Shown: positions 10,134 to 20,719, counted from the stretch's first letter. The stretch: 64,000 bases of DNA from Candidatus Eiseniibacteriota bacterium (GCA_963792585.1 CAWBWI010000001.1:1728001-1792000), one strand, 5' to 3'. The notes: generated by a model from the letters alone, not told the origin. Program-made: numbers and translations.

Positions 10134-11358
10134 CCTGCCTTCGTCCCCCGGCATAGGCGCGTATGCGCTTCGCGGCCTTGCGAACCTGTCGCCAGGCGAG
10201 TTTCCTGCCGCCGATCCAGAACGGTCGGAGATCGTCGAGCGCGAACACCGCGAACGAGCGGGCCTTTGTGAGAGACCAGAGCCAGGGTCCCCAACCAAGC
10301 TGCCCGGCCCTGTGCTTCTGGCGAAACGAACGAGCGTCTCGGGCGAAGTCGAGCCACTTGAGGCCGTACCTCTGCCGGGGATGAACCTCGCGGGCTAGCG
10401 TCGGGTGTCGCACGGCATCGAGATAGGCGATCCACGAGAGATCGACGCCGCATGCCTGGAACAGCGCATTGTGATAGTACGAACGACCGTTGATCTCGAG
10501 AAAATAGAGTCGACCCGTGCTTCGTTCCCGTACGTATTCGACCGCGACGAGACCCCTGTAACGAATCCGCTTCAGACAGGATACGGTCCTCTCGGCAATC
10601 TCGGGGAGGTTCTCGCTGATGCCAAAGCAGGTGACACCGAAGTCAGGCTGAAGCTGGCGGATCTTCCGTCCCGTGTAGACAGCCAGAGGCTCTGAATCGC
10701 GGTCCAGGTAGGCGGCGCAGACCAGGATATGCCCGTCGCCTCCCACGATGATCTCCTGGAAGACGCCCATGTTGGCCAGCTGCGGATAGGCAGTAAAGAA
10801 TTCCTTGAGCGCATTTTGATCTTGAAAAACGATGTTCTTCGCGTGTCCGGGCAGATAGAAGGAGTAGTGGTTCTTGGGCTTGTACAGGACCGGGTAGGGC
10901 ATTCCGGGCGCGATCTCACACAAGTGCGCGAACGACGAGGCAACGTAGGTCGCCGGAATCGGCATGCCGCAATCCACCGCGAGATTCTTCGTCGTGTCCT
11001 TGTTCAGTATGTCGAGCATCGTGTGCCGCTCGGGGAGCACGAACAAGGCCGTCGAGGCCAGTTCCTGCTCATGATTGGAGAGCAATGACAAGGATTCGTC
11101 GCTGGTCGGAAAGATCACCGGCGGCGCGGGCATGCCCCGACACAAAGCCAGGAGCTGGGGCAGAAACTCGGCCTCATCGTTCGCGGGCAGGTCGATGGCC
11201 TCGCAATAGCGCGAGTAGCCGGCCACCCCATGCTCGATGAACGCTGCCCCGAATACTCGGACCCCCTTGCGGCCCAAGCTGCGGATGACACCGAGCCCAT
11301 TTACACCCAGGTCGAGCACAATGGCCGGATTCCGGAACGACGATCTATCAGCACCCAT
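10114..11358 (-). CDS. ATP-grasp carboxylate-amine ligase (D-aspartate ligase-like)
   Basis: NGLGVIRSLGRKG, PTSD, LYKPK, QEII-G, GRKIRQ, EINGR motifs; start at MGADRSSF is inferred. Confidence 0.8.
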   Translation of the reverse strand: MGADRSSFRNPAIVLDLGVNGLGVIRSLGRKGVRVFGAAFIEHGVAGYSRYCEAIDLPANDEAEFLPQLLALCRGMPAPPVIFPTSDESLSLLSNHEQELASTALFVLPERHTMLDILNKDTTKNLAVDCGMPIPATYVASSFAHLCEIAPGMPYPVLYKPKNHYSFYLPGHAKNIVFQDQNALKEFFTAYPQLANMGVFQEIIVGGDGHILVCAAYLDRDSEPLAVYTGRKIRQLQPDFGVTCFGISENLPEIAERTVSCLKRIRYRGLVAVEYVRERSTGRLYFLEINGRSYYHNALFQACGVDLSWIAYLDAVRHPTLAREVHPRQRYGLKWLDFARDARSFRQKHRAGQLGWGPWLWSLTKARSFAVFALDDLRPFWIGGRKLAWRQVRKAAKRIRAYAGGRRQVTARRG

Positions 11359-11746
11359 GGGAGCGGACCTGCCGCAGGCTGCAGTCGTTGGAGCATACGC
11401 CCGCGCCGTCCCGGCGCCCAAAGCTGGCCTCTGTGGACCTTCGATGGTGCACCATCTGGACCCTCCACAACGTGTTCAAAGTGGCGCACGGATTCTACAC
11501 CCTCGCGAGGAGCTTCCGCAGCAAGAGTCCCACGCCCTTCACGCCCCTCTCCTCGGGCGGGCACGACCCGTCGCCGATCCGCCGCAGGGGGGTCCCTATT
11601 CACGAGTCGAGCCCCCTTTGGGATTTCAGTCGTCACCACGCCCCTCTATCGTTGGGCCGGCCCCACTGAGCGGGAGTGCATTGGGTCGGCCCGCCCGTAT
11701 CCGAGGCGGCACCGACGTGCGCGACTCTACGAAGGAGGAGCCCACC

Positions 11747-13645
11747 ATGTGCGGAATCGCGGGGTTCTGGAACTTCGGCGGTGAGCCGGCCGCCCGGGAA
11801 ATCATCGAGGCGATGCTGGCCCGGCTGCGCCACCGCGGCCCGGACGACGAAGGCGTCTGGTCGGAAGGTCCTCTGGCCCTCGGGCACCGGCGTCTCAGCA
11901 TCCTCGACCCATCCCCCGCCGGCCATCAACCCTTCGTCACCGATGACGGAGAAGGAATCCTCTGTCAGAGTGGGGAAATCTACAATTACAGCGAACTCCG
12001 CTCACTTCTGGAGGAGGAAGGGGTCCGCTTCCGCAGCCGCTCCGACACCGAGGTCGCGCTGCACGCGCTCCACCGCTGGGGGCCGGGGGCAGCGGTGCCC
12101 CGATTCAACGGCATGTTCGCCCTCGCCTACTACGACCGCCGCGCCCGCGCTCTCTACCTGGCCCGCGACCGGGCCGGTATCGTTCCCCTGTACCTGTCCC
12201 GCTCGACAACGGCGATCGTCTTCGCCTCCGAGATCAAGGCCCTGTTGGTTCATCCCCGCGTTCCGGCCCGCCCCGACATGCTGGCCCTGGCCACCCAGGC
12301 CTACCATGAGCGGCTCGACGGCCCCTGGACGCTGTTCGAGGGGGTGGAGGGCGTTCCTCCGGGGACCATCCTCCGGATCACCGAGCACGCAACGGAGACG
12401 ATCACCTACTTCGATCTCCTGCGTGATCTGGAGGTGGGCCGCCTGCAGCGCGACACGTTGGGCTCCCTCACCGCGGCCGCCGCGCGGCTGGAGGAGCTTC
12501 TGTCCCGGAGCGTGGATCTCCACCTCCGCAGCGACGCCCCCCTGGCCACCACGTGCAGCGGCGGGATCGACTCCGGCTTGGTCGCCGCGCTGGCCCGGGA
12601 GCGAAAGCCGGACCTGGTCGGCTACGTGGCCGACGTGGAGGGTGTGGGCGGGCGCGAGCGCGAGCGCGCGGCTCAGGTCTGTCGCCACCTGGGGGTCGAG
12701 TTGCGTCCGGTCCCAGTGCGATTCGAGGACTGCCTCCGTCTCTGGCCGCTGGCCGTATTCCACAACGATCAGCCCCTCTACTTCGCGAACGATATCCCCT
12801 ATCTAATGGTGGCGCGGGCGGCGCGGCAGGACGGGTTCAAGGTGCTTCTGGCCGGCGAAGGGGCGGACGAGCTCCTCGGAGGCTATGTCTGGCAAGCCAG
12901 CACCTACCGGATGTGGCGGAGACGCCGGTGGCACGCCAGGCTATGGCCCGACATCTCCCCCTTGAGGGCGCTCGGGAGGATCGCTCGCCGCGTCATGCCC
13001 CTCGACATGGCGGAACTGTCCCGCCAGCCCTTCCGTCGCGTGACCGATGAGTCCGCCAGGCGACATGAGGTCCGCGCCGCCTTCTTGCTTGACGGCGGCC
13101 GCCGTCACGTCCGTCATGCAGCGCTCTTCCACCGTCTGGGCGAGGTCATGCCGCTGGAAGCGCAGGCCTTTCTTGCGCGCTCGTTTGACGACTTCCACAT
13201 TCACCTGGGGACCTTGCTTCAGAGCCGCAACAAGATGGGGCTGGCGGCGTCGATGGAGATGCGGGTCCCTTACCTCGAGAACGAGTTGATCGACTTCGCC
13301 CTCCACCTTCCGTTTCGCTACAAGTTCGACGGCCGTAGCGGCAAGAGGGTCTCGAAGCTGCTTGCGGAGAAATGGCTGCCCCGCGGGATCGTACATGCCC
13401 CCAAGATCGGGTTCGAGCTCCCGCCCGCGATGTGGAACAGAGCCGGCTCCTTTCTCGAAGGAGGGATGGTGCAGGAGTACTTCCGCTGGGGGCCGAACGA
13501 GGCGGCCGCCGTCCGGGACCACCTGACCCGCGATTCCCTCTTCCTCTTCGCTCTTCTGGGGTTGGAGATCTGGGCCCGCCTCTACTTCGGAGGCGCATCG
13601 CCTGAGGAGCTGGGCGAGCAGATGGTGCGGGCGTCGATGGCGTGA
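11747..13645 (+). CDS. asnB: Asparagine synthase (glutamine-hydrolysing) family amidotransferase
   Basis: MCGIAG start after AAGGAGGAG; HRGPD, GHRRLSILD, GEIYN, SGGIDS, GEGADE, EMRVPYL and KIGF motifs. Confidence 0.92.
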   Translation: MCGIAGFWNFGGEPAAREIIEAMLARLRHRGPDDEGVWSEGPLALGHRRLSILDPSPAGHQPFVTDDGEGILCQSGEIYNYSELRSLLEEEGVRFRSRSDTEVALHALHRWGPGAAVPRFNGMFALAYYDRRARALYLARDRAGIVPLYLSRSTTAIVFASEIKALLVHPRVPARPDMLALATQAYHERLDGPWTLFEGVEGVPPGTILRITEHATETITYFDLLRDLEVGRLQRDTLGSLTAAAARLEELLSRSVDLHLRSDAPLATTCSGGIDSGLVAALARERKPDLVGYVADVEGVGGRERERAAQVCRHLGVELRPVPVRFEDCLRLWPLAVFHNDQPLYFANDIPYLMVARAARQDGFKVLLAGEGADELLGGYVWQASTYRMWRRRRWHARLWPDISPLRALGRIARRVMPLDMAELSRQPFRRVTDESARRHEVRAAFLLDGGRRHVRHAALFHRLGEVMPLEAQAFLARSFDDFHIHLGTLLQSRNKMGLAASMEMRVPYLENELIDFALHLPFRYKFDGRSGKRVSKLLAEKWLPRGIVHAPKIGFELPPAMWNRAGSFLEGGMVQEYFRWGPNEAAAVRDHLTRDSLFLFALLGLEIWARLYFGGASPEELGEQMVRASMA

Positions 13646-13663
13646 AGGACGAAGAGCCTTTCC

Positions 13664-15139
13664 TCATGCCTTCCGCACGGAATCCATGAGTCGCCGGATC
13701 CGCCCTATGGAAACCAGGCGGAGCAGGACAACGACCGAAACGACGATACAGAAGAGCAGCGCCTTCGCGCCGATCGCGGGGAGGGGGGCGAGGTGGTGAT
13801 CCACCTCGACCCCGACGATCCCCGTCGCAAGGGCGACCGTGGCGGCGACAAGCATGCGTCCATACGGAAACGGTATTGCGAAGCAACGCTGCCCGAGCCA
13901 GAGGATCCCGACGAATTGAACCCCATAGGCGATCGCGGTCGCCCACGCCGCCCCGAGGATGTGCATGCGCGGGATCAGGATGAAGTTCAGCGCGACGTTC
14001 AGCGCGGCGGCCGCCCCGTTGACGATCGGGATGCGACCCGTCCTGCCGCTGATCTGGAGCGAAACCTCCGCCACCGGATAGAACGAGAAGAAAGCGAGCC
14101 CAATCGCGACGACGGGGACGACACGAGCCGCCGCATGGTACGAAGGAGGCGTCAGGATCCGCAGCGCCTCGGAGCTGAAGAGCGACAGCAGGATCGCCAT
14201 CAGGATGGTCAGGCCAAACCATGTCGTCCCCACCTCCGCGAGCCGCCGCCGCCCTCCGTCCTCCCGCGCGGCCCGGTGCGCGAATGGGACCCATGCCATC
14301 CAGAACGCGTCCGCCGCGGTGCTGAGCCCTTCGCCGAGCCGGTAGCCGACCGAGTAGAGTCCCACGACCGCCATCGGCTCGAAGAGCTTGAGAATGTACC
14401 GGTCGGCCAGTCTCAATACGAACTGACTCAATCCCGAAGGGACGAACGGGAGCCCGTAACGAAGGATCGACTTCATCGTCGCCCTCGTCGGCCTCGGCAG
14501 CGGATGCGGGATGTACCGGCTCAGGAGCCACGCGGCCGCCAGCCCATTCGTGAGGGCCTGCGCGAGAACGACTCCGAGCACACCCATCTTGAGGAAGGCG
14601 ACCAAGAAGATCGATAGGGCCAAGGTCATGCCGGTCAGGATCAGCTTGATCCGAACGTAAAGCCCTGAGTCCTGCCGCGAGCTGATCGGTGCCATTGGAA
14701 CCTTCATCAGCAGGTCCAGGTAGCTGGTCGCCATGCTGATGGCGACGAGGAACCAGAGCTTAGGATCGTCCAGCAGCGCGCGAGAGATCGCAGGGGAAGC
14801 GGCGCCCGCAAGTAGGGTCGGGATTGCCGCCAGGGCCAGGATATTCAGGCAAGCGCTGAGCACCTGCCGCCGGTCGTCTTCATCCTTCTCACGGATGTAG
14901 AAACGGAGGATGCTGACCGAGATTCCAAGGTCGGCCAGATTCAGGTAGATGGCCATGAACACACCGAGAAGCGACAGAACCCCGTAGTCCGACGGCGAGA
15001 GCAGGCGCGTGTAGATCGGGATCAGCAAGAGGCCGACCAGCCGCCTGCTGACCGAGCCAAGTCCGTACACGAGGAACGTCCTGGAGAAGGTCGGGGCGGC
15101 CTTGTCGCTCTCCGCAGTCTTCGAGGGTGATCCAATCAT
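13664..15139 (-). CDS. Wzx-like oligosaccharide flippase (MOP superfamily)
   Basis: LLIPIYTRLLSPSDYG, DRYIL, VGLYSVGYRL, LNFILIP-GAAWAT motifs and many transmembrane helices; start approximate. Confidence 0.88.
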   Translation of the reverse strand: MIGSPSKTAESDKAAPTFSRTFLVYGLGSVSRRLVGLLLIPIYTRLLSPSDYGVLSLLGVFMAIYLNLADLGISVSILRFYIREKDEDDRRQVLSACLNILALAAIPTLLAGAASPAISRALLDDPKLWFLVAISMATSYLDLLMKVPMAPISSRQDSGLYVRIKLILTGMTLALSIFLVAFLKMGVLGVVLAQALTNGLAAAWLLSRYIPHPLPRPTRATMKSILRYGLPFVPSGLSQFVLRLADRYILKLFEPMAVVGLYSVGYRLGEGLSTAADAFWMAWVPFAHRAAREDGGRRRLAEVGTTWFGLTILMAILLSLFSSEALRILTPPSYHAAARVVPVVAIGLAFFSFYPVAEVSLQISGRTGRIPIVNGAAAALNVALNFILIPRMHILGAAWATAIAYGVQFVGILWLGQRCFAIPFPYGRMLVAATVALATGIVGVEVDHHLAPLPAIGAKALLFCIVVSVVVLLRLVSIGRIRRLMDSVRKA

Positions 15140-15318
15140 TGGCCCCGATGGTAGAGACCTGCCGGCCCCGACTCCATCGAAGAGGCTCGCCCGGGTGCCA
15201 TAGGGGCATGAGAACGCCCCGGCCATTTGCCGCAGGCCCGGCCGTCCGCGGCGCACCCAAGCAGCGAACCCGCCCCGAATGGGGCGGGTCCGATGTTCAC
15301 CTGAGTGACACGAAGTGA

Positions 15319-16056
15319 CTAGCGGTAGTTGTCCCTGATCCGGCCCCAGGTCGTGTTCCGCGTCGGAACGGGCGGGCACGGATTCGGGTCACACGGGATG
15401 CCGTCGCCTTGATAAACGCCACCGGCCCTTACGCAGGCCTCTTCGTAGAGGATCTCGCAGTGGCCATCCTCCTCGAAGCAGCACGCGCCCGTCGGCAGAG
15501 GTCGAATGATCCCGCACCGCCGCCCCTCCGTCGGAACGAAACCCTCTTCCTCGGGATCGAATGTGCTCAGCGGGCCATTGTAGAGAATCGAATTCAAAAG
15601 CCCGTCCAAGACGATCAGGTGGTCTTCCACGACATCGGCCTGTGCGATAAGGGCGGGGTACTCAATCGAGTAGAAGATCTGCGCGCAGACCTCCACCTCG
15701 AGCGGAATGTTGTCGACCCCCCAATCAAGTGTCGCACCGCTCGGCAGGGTGACCGACCAATGCCAATCCGTTGGTGTCGGATCGCAGACGAGCGAATCCA
15801 CGTCGTAGGTGTTGCCTGGACCGGTCGAGGTCCCACCGATGAAAGTGACGCATCCGATGTCACCACCGTTGAGCGTCCAGAGACCTTCGCTCCACTGGAG
15901 GATCTCGATGTCTCCGAAAACCTCATCGCGCACCCGCGCCGGATCAGCGCTCGCGGTCGACACGAAGGTGAGAATCGCCACGCACGCGGCGACCGTCAGA
16001 AGTACTCGCGCGAGTCGAGAATGGGCGTGACTGCTCCAACGATAACAATCCTTCAT
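15319..16056 (-). CDS. Secreted protein with a GACC Cys-rich module and a C-terminal TWGRIRDNYR tail
   Basis: GAGGAGGAG RBS, signal peptide, GACCFEEDGHC...GGVYQGDGIPCDPNPC. Confidence 0.85.
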   Translation of the reverse strand: MKDCYRWSSHAHSRLARVLLTVAACVAILTFVSTASADPARVRDEVFGDIEILQWSEGLWTLNGGDIGCVTFIGGTSTGPGNTYDVDSLVCDPTPTDWHWSVTLPSGATLDWGVDNIPLEVEVCAQIFYSIEYPALIAQADVVEDHLIVLDGLLNSILYNGPLSTFDPEEEGFVPTEGRRCGIIRPLPTGACCFEEDGHCEILYEEACVRAGGVYQGDGIPCDPNPCPPVPTRNTTWGRIRDNYR

Positions 16057-16127
16057 CTAGCTCCTCCTCAGTCGCATACATCGACACTGGAATATACGGA
16101 GGCCAGGCTGCGGGGCAGCCGGTGTTC

Positions 16128-16156
16128 ATTATAGGCACATGTGAGAATGGAATCAA
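16128..16156 (-). promoter_or_regulatory. Sigma70-type promoter for the 15319-16056 gene
   Basis: TTGATT - 17 nt - TATAAT on the minus strand, about 70 nt upstream of the ATG. Confidence 0.7.
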
Positions 16157-16483
16157 CACGCAAGTCGCACGGCAGGGCGGAGAGTGAGTTCCGTCCCGGG
16201 GACCCCACGGCAAAGCTCTGGAGGCGGTGTCTATTGATAGGATTGCGGTTACGCTGACCTGAGCCTGGCCTGGGCGCCAGGGTCCCATCGGCGACGGGCA
16301 ACCGCCAAGAGGCAGGCCAAAACTGCAGAGCTCATCGCGATTCCCCCGCTCCATCCACGGTCGGAGTTGGTCGAAAGCGAGTAAGAGGAATCCACGGGTA
16401 ACGTTTGAGAGATCTCATCCCGGTTGCTTGGTGCCTTCACAGCCCATGGCCCGGAAGTCACCCCAGTCGCCTGATCAAGACAG

Positions 16484-16531
16484 GAAGGCGCCCCCCCGGG
16501 ATCGGGAATCCCATCGCGGAGGGGCGCCTTC
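16484..16531 (-). terminator. Terminator-like hairpin downstream of the FG-GAP gene
   Basis: 11-bp inverted repeat GAAGGCGCCCC/GGGGCGCCTTC about 30 nt after the stop; weak U tract. Confidence 0.45.
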
Positions 16532-16563
16532 TCTCCTCGGGCAAAGATCGGCAGCAGGCCGGC

Positions 16564-18349
16564 TCAAGGCAAGAGCACGAAGCGGCTCCCTACCAAGGTC
16601 TCCCCGAGACGGGTTCGCACGACGTACACGCCGGGCGCCAGCGTCGACGAAGCCCGCCACATGCCGCGACCGCCCCGAAGCATCACGGAATCGACCCGGC
16701 GGCCCGTCACGTCAAGCACGTCCAGCGTTGTCCGATCCTGCGCACCGGTCAGACGGAACTCAGCCCCGGCGTGAGCGGGGTTCGGCAGAATCGCCAGATG
16801 AGGCGTGATGCTTGGAAGTGTGGTCGAGACCGCCGCCGGATTGACGCGCCGGTAGATCCCCGTGTTGCGGGCGTCGACGCCGCGCATCGGCCAGTCGGCC
16901 CGACCGGGCAATACGGGTCCGGTCGTATCCCACGCATGGATCCAGCCATTCCAGGTCGACGCCACCAGCTCGAACAGCCCATCGCCGTCGATGTCGCCAG
17001 CAGCCACGCCGGAGATCGAAGGGCCGACCATCGTCTTCGGGAACCCGGGGAGCAGGACGCCGTCCGCGCCGATCGCGAGGACCTGTCCTCCTTCGGTACT
17101 GAGACAGAAATCCTGCCGGCCGTTGCCATCCACGTCGGCCACGCAGGGGAATCCGTGAGGCCAGTCGGCCACGAAGTACGGCCAGCCGGGAAGAGGGACG
17201 CCGTTGGCCAGCGTGAAAGCGAGCGCGCGGTTGGTGCCGGAGAGGACATTGTCAAGGGCGAGCAACTCGGGCTCACCGTCCCCTGTCAGATCGCCGACTG
17301 CGAGGTAGAAGAGCTGGCTGCCCGTCGCGATGGTGATTGGATATCCGGCCACCGGGGAGCCGTCGTGATGACGGGCGTACGCCAGAGATGTGGTGCCGGA
17401 GGTGTAACCGATCAGGAACTCCAAGTCTCCGTCGCGGTCCATGTCTACCGGGACGGGCGGCCCGAAGGAAAGATAGCCGCCCGTAAACACCCCAAGCGTG
17501 ACAGGATACCCTGGAGCATTGCCGCCCGTCGGAATTGAACACGTAGAGGCGCATCGTCGGTTCCTGCCACGAGAGAGCGAAGAACTCGTCCGTGCCGTTG
17601 CCGTCCAGATCCCCGAAGTACAGGTTCAGGATGTTCTCGCTGGGACTCAAATCCCGGGTGAAGAGCCGCGTCCCTTGGCCATCGAACGCTGAAATCCGGT
17701 AGTGGACGAAGTTGTTGCCAAGAGTGTGAGGACCCCATGCCTCCAGTTCGCCGTCGCCGTCGCCGTCGCCGAGGACGAATGGGACATCGAGTGCGTTTGA
17801 ATAGTCATTCGGTGCGAACTGAGGGAATCCCGACATGTTGCTGCCGTTGGATTCCCGTCCGTTGAAGCACCACATGTGCGCACTACCAGCCCACCAGTCG
17901 CGCTCCGACCACATGATCTCGACATCACCATCATGCTCCAGGTCGGCCGCTGAAGGCCCCGGCTTCTGCTCGTTGGTGCCGTAGCCCATGTAGGCATGCT
18001 CGGTCGTGGGCCAGCCGGGCAGGAAGCTCCCGTCCCCGCGCAAGCCGAAGGTGTCCCCTCCCGTCAGAAAGATCTCATCGGCGCCGTCACCATCGACATC
18101 GAATAGGGTCGGCGTGTACGGAAAGCCCGCACCCGGCGCGTGTAGATTCACCGGCCACCCCGCACGGGAATCGCCGTCGGCTTCCATGGCGGCGGTCGAC
18201 GGGAGAATCGTCAGGGACGCTCCGGGTACTGGAGTGGTCAGCTCGATCATCGCGGGAATTGCATCACCAGCGATGGCTGGGATGGGGATGACGAGAACAC
18301 CTGTCAGCACAGCGCAAGCAACCACGAGGGAAACTTCGAGGCAACGCAT
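16564..18349 (-). CDS. Secreted FG-GAP repeat protein with a T9SS-like C-terminus; one +1 frameshift near 17527
   Basis: ORFs 17273-18355 and 16564-17490 join as NSDG-GNAPGYPVTLG if one G is removed from the run at 17526-17528; DxDGDG repeats with PGWP/PGFP spacers; GGGAGG RBS. Confidence 0.8.
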
Positions 18350-18394
18350 CGGCAACCTCCCTGGTTGAATCCTGGGTCAGCTCAACCGCGATGC

Positions 18395-18403
18395 ATTATA
18401 TCA
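18395..18403 (-). promoter_or_regulatory. Extended -10 promoter element for the FG-GAP gene
   Basis: TGATATAAT (TGn-TATAAT) about 45 nt upstream of the start. Confidence 0.5.
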
Positions 18404-18421
18404 CAGGAGATTCCGATATCC

Positions 18422-18589
18422 TCAATGACTTCCACGGACAGCGGGGGCTGATTGGCTTGGCAGATCGCCGGCTAGAGCATAGATGCAGCCGACTTCGCAT
18501 CCAGTGTACGGGTTGACGCAACAGCCGTAGATCTAGGATCGATTGAGGATCGACTTCGCCTCGATCTCACGGACCAAAGGCTGACACAT
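18422..18589 (-). pseudogene. Remnant of a radical SAM gene (spore photoproduct lyase-like / Rv2578c-type N-terminus)
   Basis: Manual translation MCQPLVREIEAKSILNRS*IYGCCVNPYTGCEVGCIYA: internal TAG, third Cys of CxxxCxxC missing, rest of the gene absent. Confidence 0.75.
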
Positions 18590-19021
18590 GCTCTCGTCAT
18601 AGACCACCAGCGTGGCGCCTGGATCATCCCGTCCAGGCTGCTGCGCTTCGCGTTACACCATGCGGGGACGGGACGCCAACGCGGGAAAAGACGGTAGGAG
18701 GGACGGGAACACCCCTCCTATCGGTCCCAGGCTGCGCTGCTCGAATCTACATCGTTTTGACGGATCGTCAGTTCATCTTGATAGTTCAGCGCGACGCCAC
18801 ATCGGTTACTCGCTGCAGTCACCGTAGTTAGGCAAGTCGTGACTCCGGCACGCAAATTGCTCCAGAGACTGTTGCTGGACCCACCAGCCCAGGGAGCGAT
18901 CGGTGCAACTCAAGCGGGTTGCTGCCGCAGCGACCGGCCACTGTCGGTCGTAACGAACAGTGCTTGGCGGACCGAGTCCCTCTCGCCGATACCGCTCACA
19001 TCCGGGAGTGGAGACGATGAC

Positions 19022-19111
19022 GTGAGTATCTCGACCATCCTGATCGTTGTCGCGGTCCTGATGCTGCTCTTCGGCAGCCGAGGACGAACCAGGCGGAGGA
19101 GACGCGGCTAA
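19022..19111 (+). CDS. Putative 29-aa single-transmembrane micropeptide with a polybasic tail
   Basis: GTG start after GGAG; MSISTILIVVAVLMLLFGSRGRTRRRRRG. Confidence 0.45.
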   Translation: MSISTILIVVAVLMLLFGSRGRTRRRRRG

Positions 19112-19189
19112 CCATCCGTGTCGCGGATCTGCGGCGCGTCCAATCGGCCGCGCCATCCGCGAGGGCACAATGTCGAGAAGGAAGGGATC

Positions 19190-19969
19190 ATGACACACGT
19201 GAGAGTTTTCAGCACAGGCTTGTGGCTCATGGTGGTCTTGTTGATCGCGGTTGGGTGCGCCAAGGTTCCCATCACCGGGCGGAACCAGTTCAACCTCGTC
19301 TCTGACAATGAGGCCAACGCGCTGGGCGTGGAAGCTTACAAGAAGGTGGAGTCGGAATCGCGCCTGATCAAGAACGGACCAAAGTACGATCAGGTGCTCC
19401 GCGTTGGCAAGCGGATTGCCGCGGCCGCGGACAAGCCCGACTTCAATTGGGAGTTCTGCCTCATCGCCGAACCCAAGACAATCAACGCGTTCTGTCTCCC
19501 GGGCGGGAAGATCGCCGTCTACAGCGGTATCCTCCCGATCACCAGGGACGACGTCGGCTTGGCGGTGGTCCTGGCGCACGAGGTAGCCCACGCAATCGCG
19601 CGACACGGCGCGGAACGCATGACCGACCAGTTGGCCCTTCAACTAGGTGGCGCGGGGCTCCAGCAATTGATTCAGCAGAAGAGCCCGGCGACGCAGCAGG
19701 TCGTGATGGCGGCCTTCGGCGTTGGCGCTACGATCGGCGTGGTGCTCCCCTTCAGCCGCTCCCAGGAGAATGAGGCCGATCACATTGGCCTGGTGGTCAT
19801 GGCAAAGGCTGGATACGATCCGCGCCAGGCACCTGAGTTCTGGAAGCGCATGATCGCCGCCTCCGACGGCGCGGCCCCTCCGGCTTTCTTGAGCGACCAC
19901 CCCACGGACAAGAGCCGTGTACGGAATCTCCAGAAGTGGATGCCGGAAGCGCTCAAGTACTATCACTAA
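19190..19969 (+). CDS. M48 family zinc metallopeptidase lipoprotein
   Basis: Lipobox AVGC, PITGRNQ, INAFCLPGGK, HEVAH, FSRSQENEAD and LSDHP motifs. Confidence 0.92.
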   Translation: MTHVRVFSTGLWLMVVLLIAVGCAKVPITGRNQFNLVSDNEANALGVEAYKKVESESRLIKNGPKYDQVLRVGKRIAAAADKPDFNWEFCLIAEPKTINAFCLPGGKIAVYSGILPITRDDVGLAVVLAHEVAHAIARHGAERMTDQLALQLGGAGLQQLIQQKSPATQQVVMAAFGVGATIGVVLPFSRSQENEADHIGLVVMAKAGYDPRQAPEFWKRMIAASDGAAPPAFLSDHPTDKSRVRNLQKWMPEALKYYH

Positions 19970-20031
19970 CCGCGCTGATGCAGAAGCCAAGGCTTCCGAG
20001 AGTGCGGGACGATCGGAAAGGAGTGTGACTC

Positions 20032-20700
20032 ATGAAAACTCTAGTTGTCGTGTTGTCGAGTTCGATGTTGCTCTTCGCCACCGTCACGGGTTGCGGCTGG
20101 AGCAACAAAGCGAAGGGCGGAGCCATCGGCGCCGGAGCCGGAGGGGTTGCCGGCGGCGTCATCGGCCGTGCTCAAGGGCACACAGCCCTCGGCGCGATCA
20201 TCGGCGCGGCGGTCGGTGGAACGGCGGGCGCCCTGATCGGCAATCACATGGACAAGCAAGCGGAAGAGATGAGACGGGACATGCAGAACGCGAAGATAGA
20301 GCGTGTCGGTGAGGGAATCAAGATCACGTTCGATTCCGGAATTCTATTTGCAATCGACTCGTATCAGTTGCAGTCCACGGCGACGGCGAACATCGAGAGT
20401 CTGGTGCGGGTGCTCAACAAGTACCCGGACACCAACATTCTCGTTGAAGGCGATACCGACAACACCGGATCCGACGACTACAACCAGAGACTGTCAGAGC
20501 GCCGTGCGCAAGCTGTTGCCGACTATCAGAAGTCCCTCGGCGTCGCGGGCTCTCGGATCAGCACTGTAGGATTGGGCGAGTCGAACCCTGTCGCGTCGAA
20601 CGACACGGAGGATGGGCGTCGGCAGAACCGACGTGTTGAGGTCGCGATCTTCGCGAACGAGGATCTGAAGAAAGCCGCCAAGGATGGTCGGCTCAACTAA
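20032..20700 (+). CDS. OmpA family lipoprotein with a glycine zipper
   Basis: AAGGAG RBS, TGC lipobox, glycine zipper, TDNTG-YNQRLSERRA and GRRQNRRVE. Confidence 0.93.
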   Translation: MKTLVVVLSSSMLLFATVTGCGWSNKAKGGAIGAGAGGVAGGVIGRAQGHTALGAIIGAAVGGTAGALIGNHMDKQAEEMRRDMQNAKIERVGEGIKITFDSGILFAIDSYQLQSTATANIESLVRVLNKYPDTNILVEGDTDNTGSDDYNQRLSERRAQAVADYQKSLGVAGSRISTVGLGESNPVASNDTEDGRRQNRRVEVAIFANEDLKKAAKDGRLN

Positions 20701-20719
20701 CGTGGGAGGACAAATGGCC

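Noticed and set aside
11360..13645. AsnB as a lasso peptide cyclase, or the ATP-grasp enzyme as a RiPP ligase
   Set aside because: The glutaminase Cys is intact, no precursor, B protein or RRE gene is visible, and the flippase context favours glycan modification.
16170..16260. Possible c-di-GMP-I riboswitch (GCAAAGC)
   Set aside because: No GGCAAA/GAAA tetraloop-receptor arrangement, and it is on the opposite strand to the nearby gene.
18533..18535. In-frame TAG as pyrrolysine
   Set aside because: The surrounding gene is truncated and has lost a cluster Cys, which fits decay.
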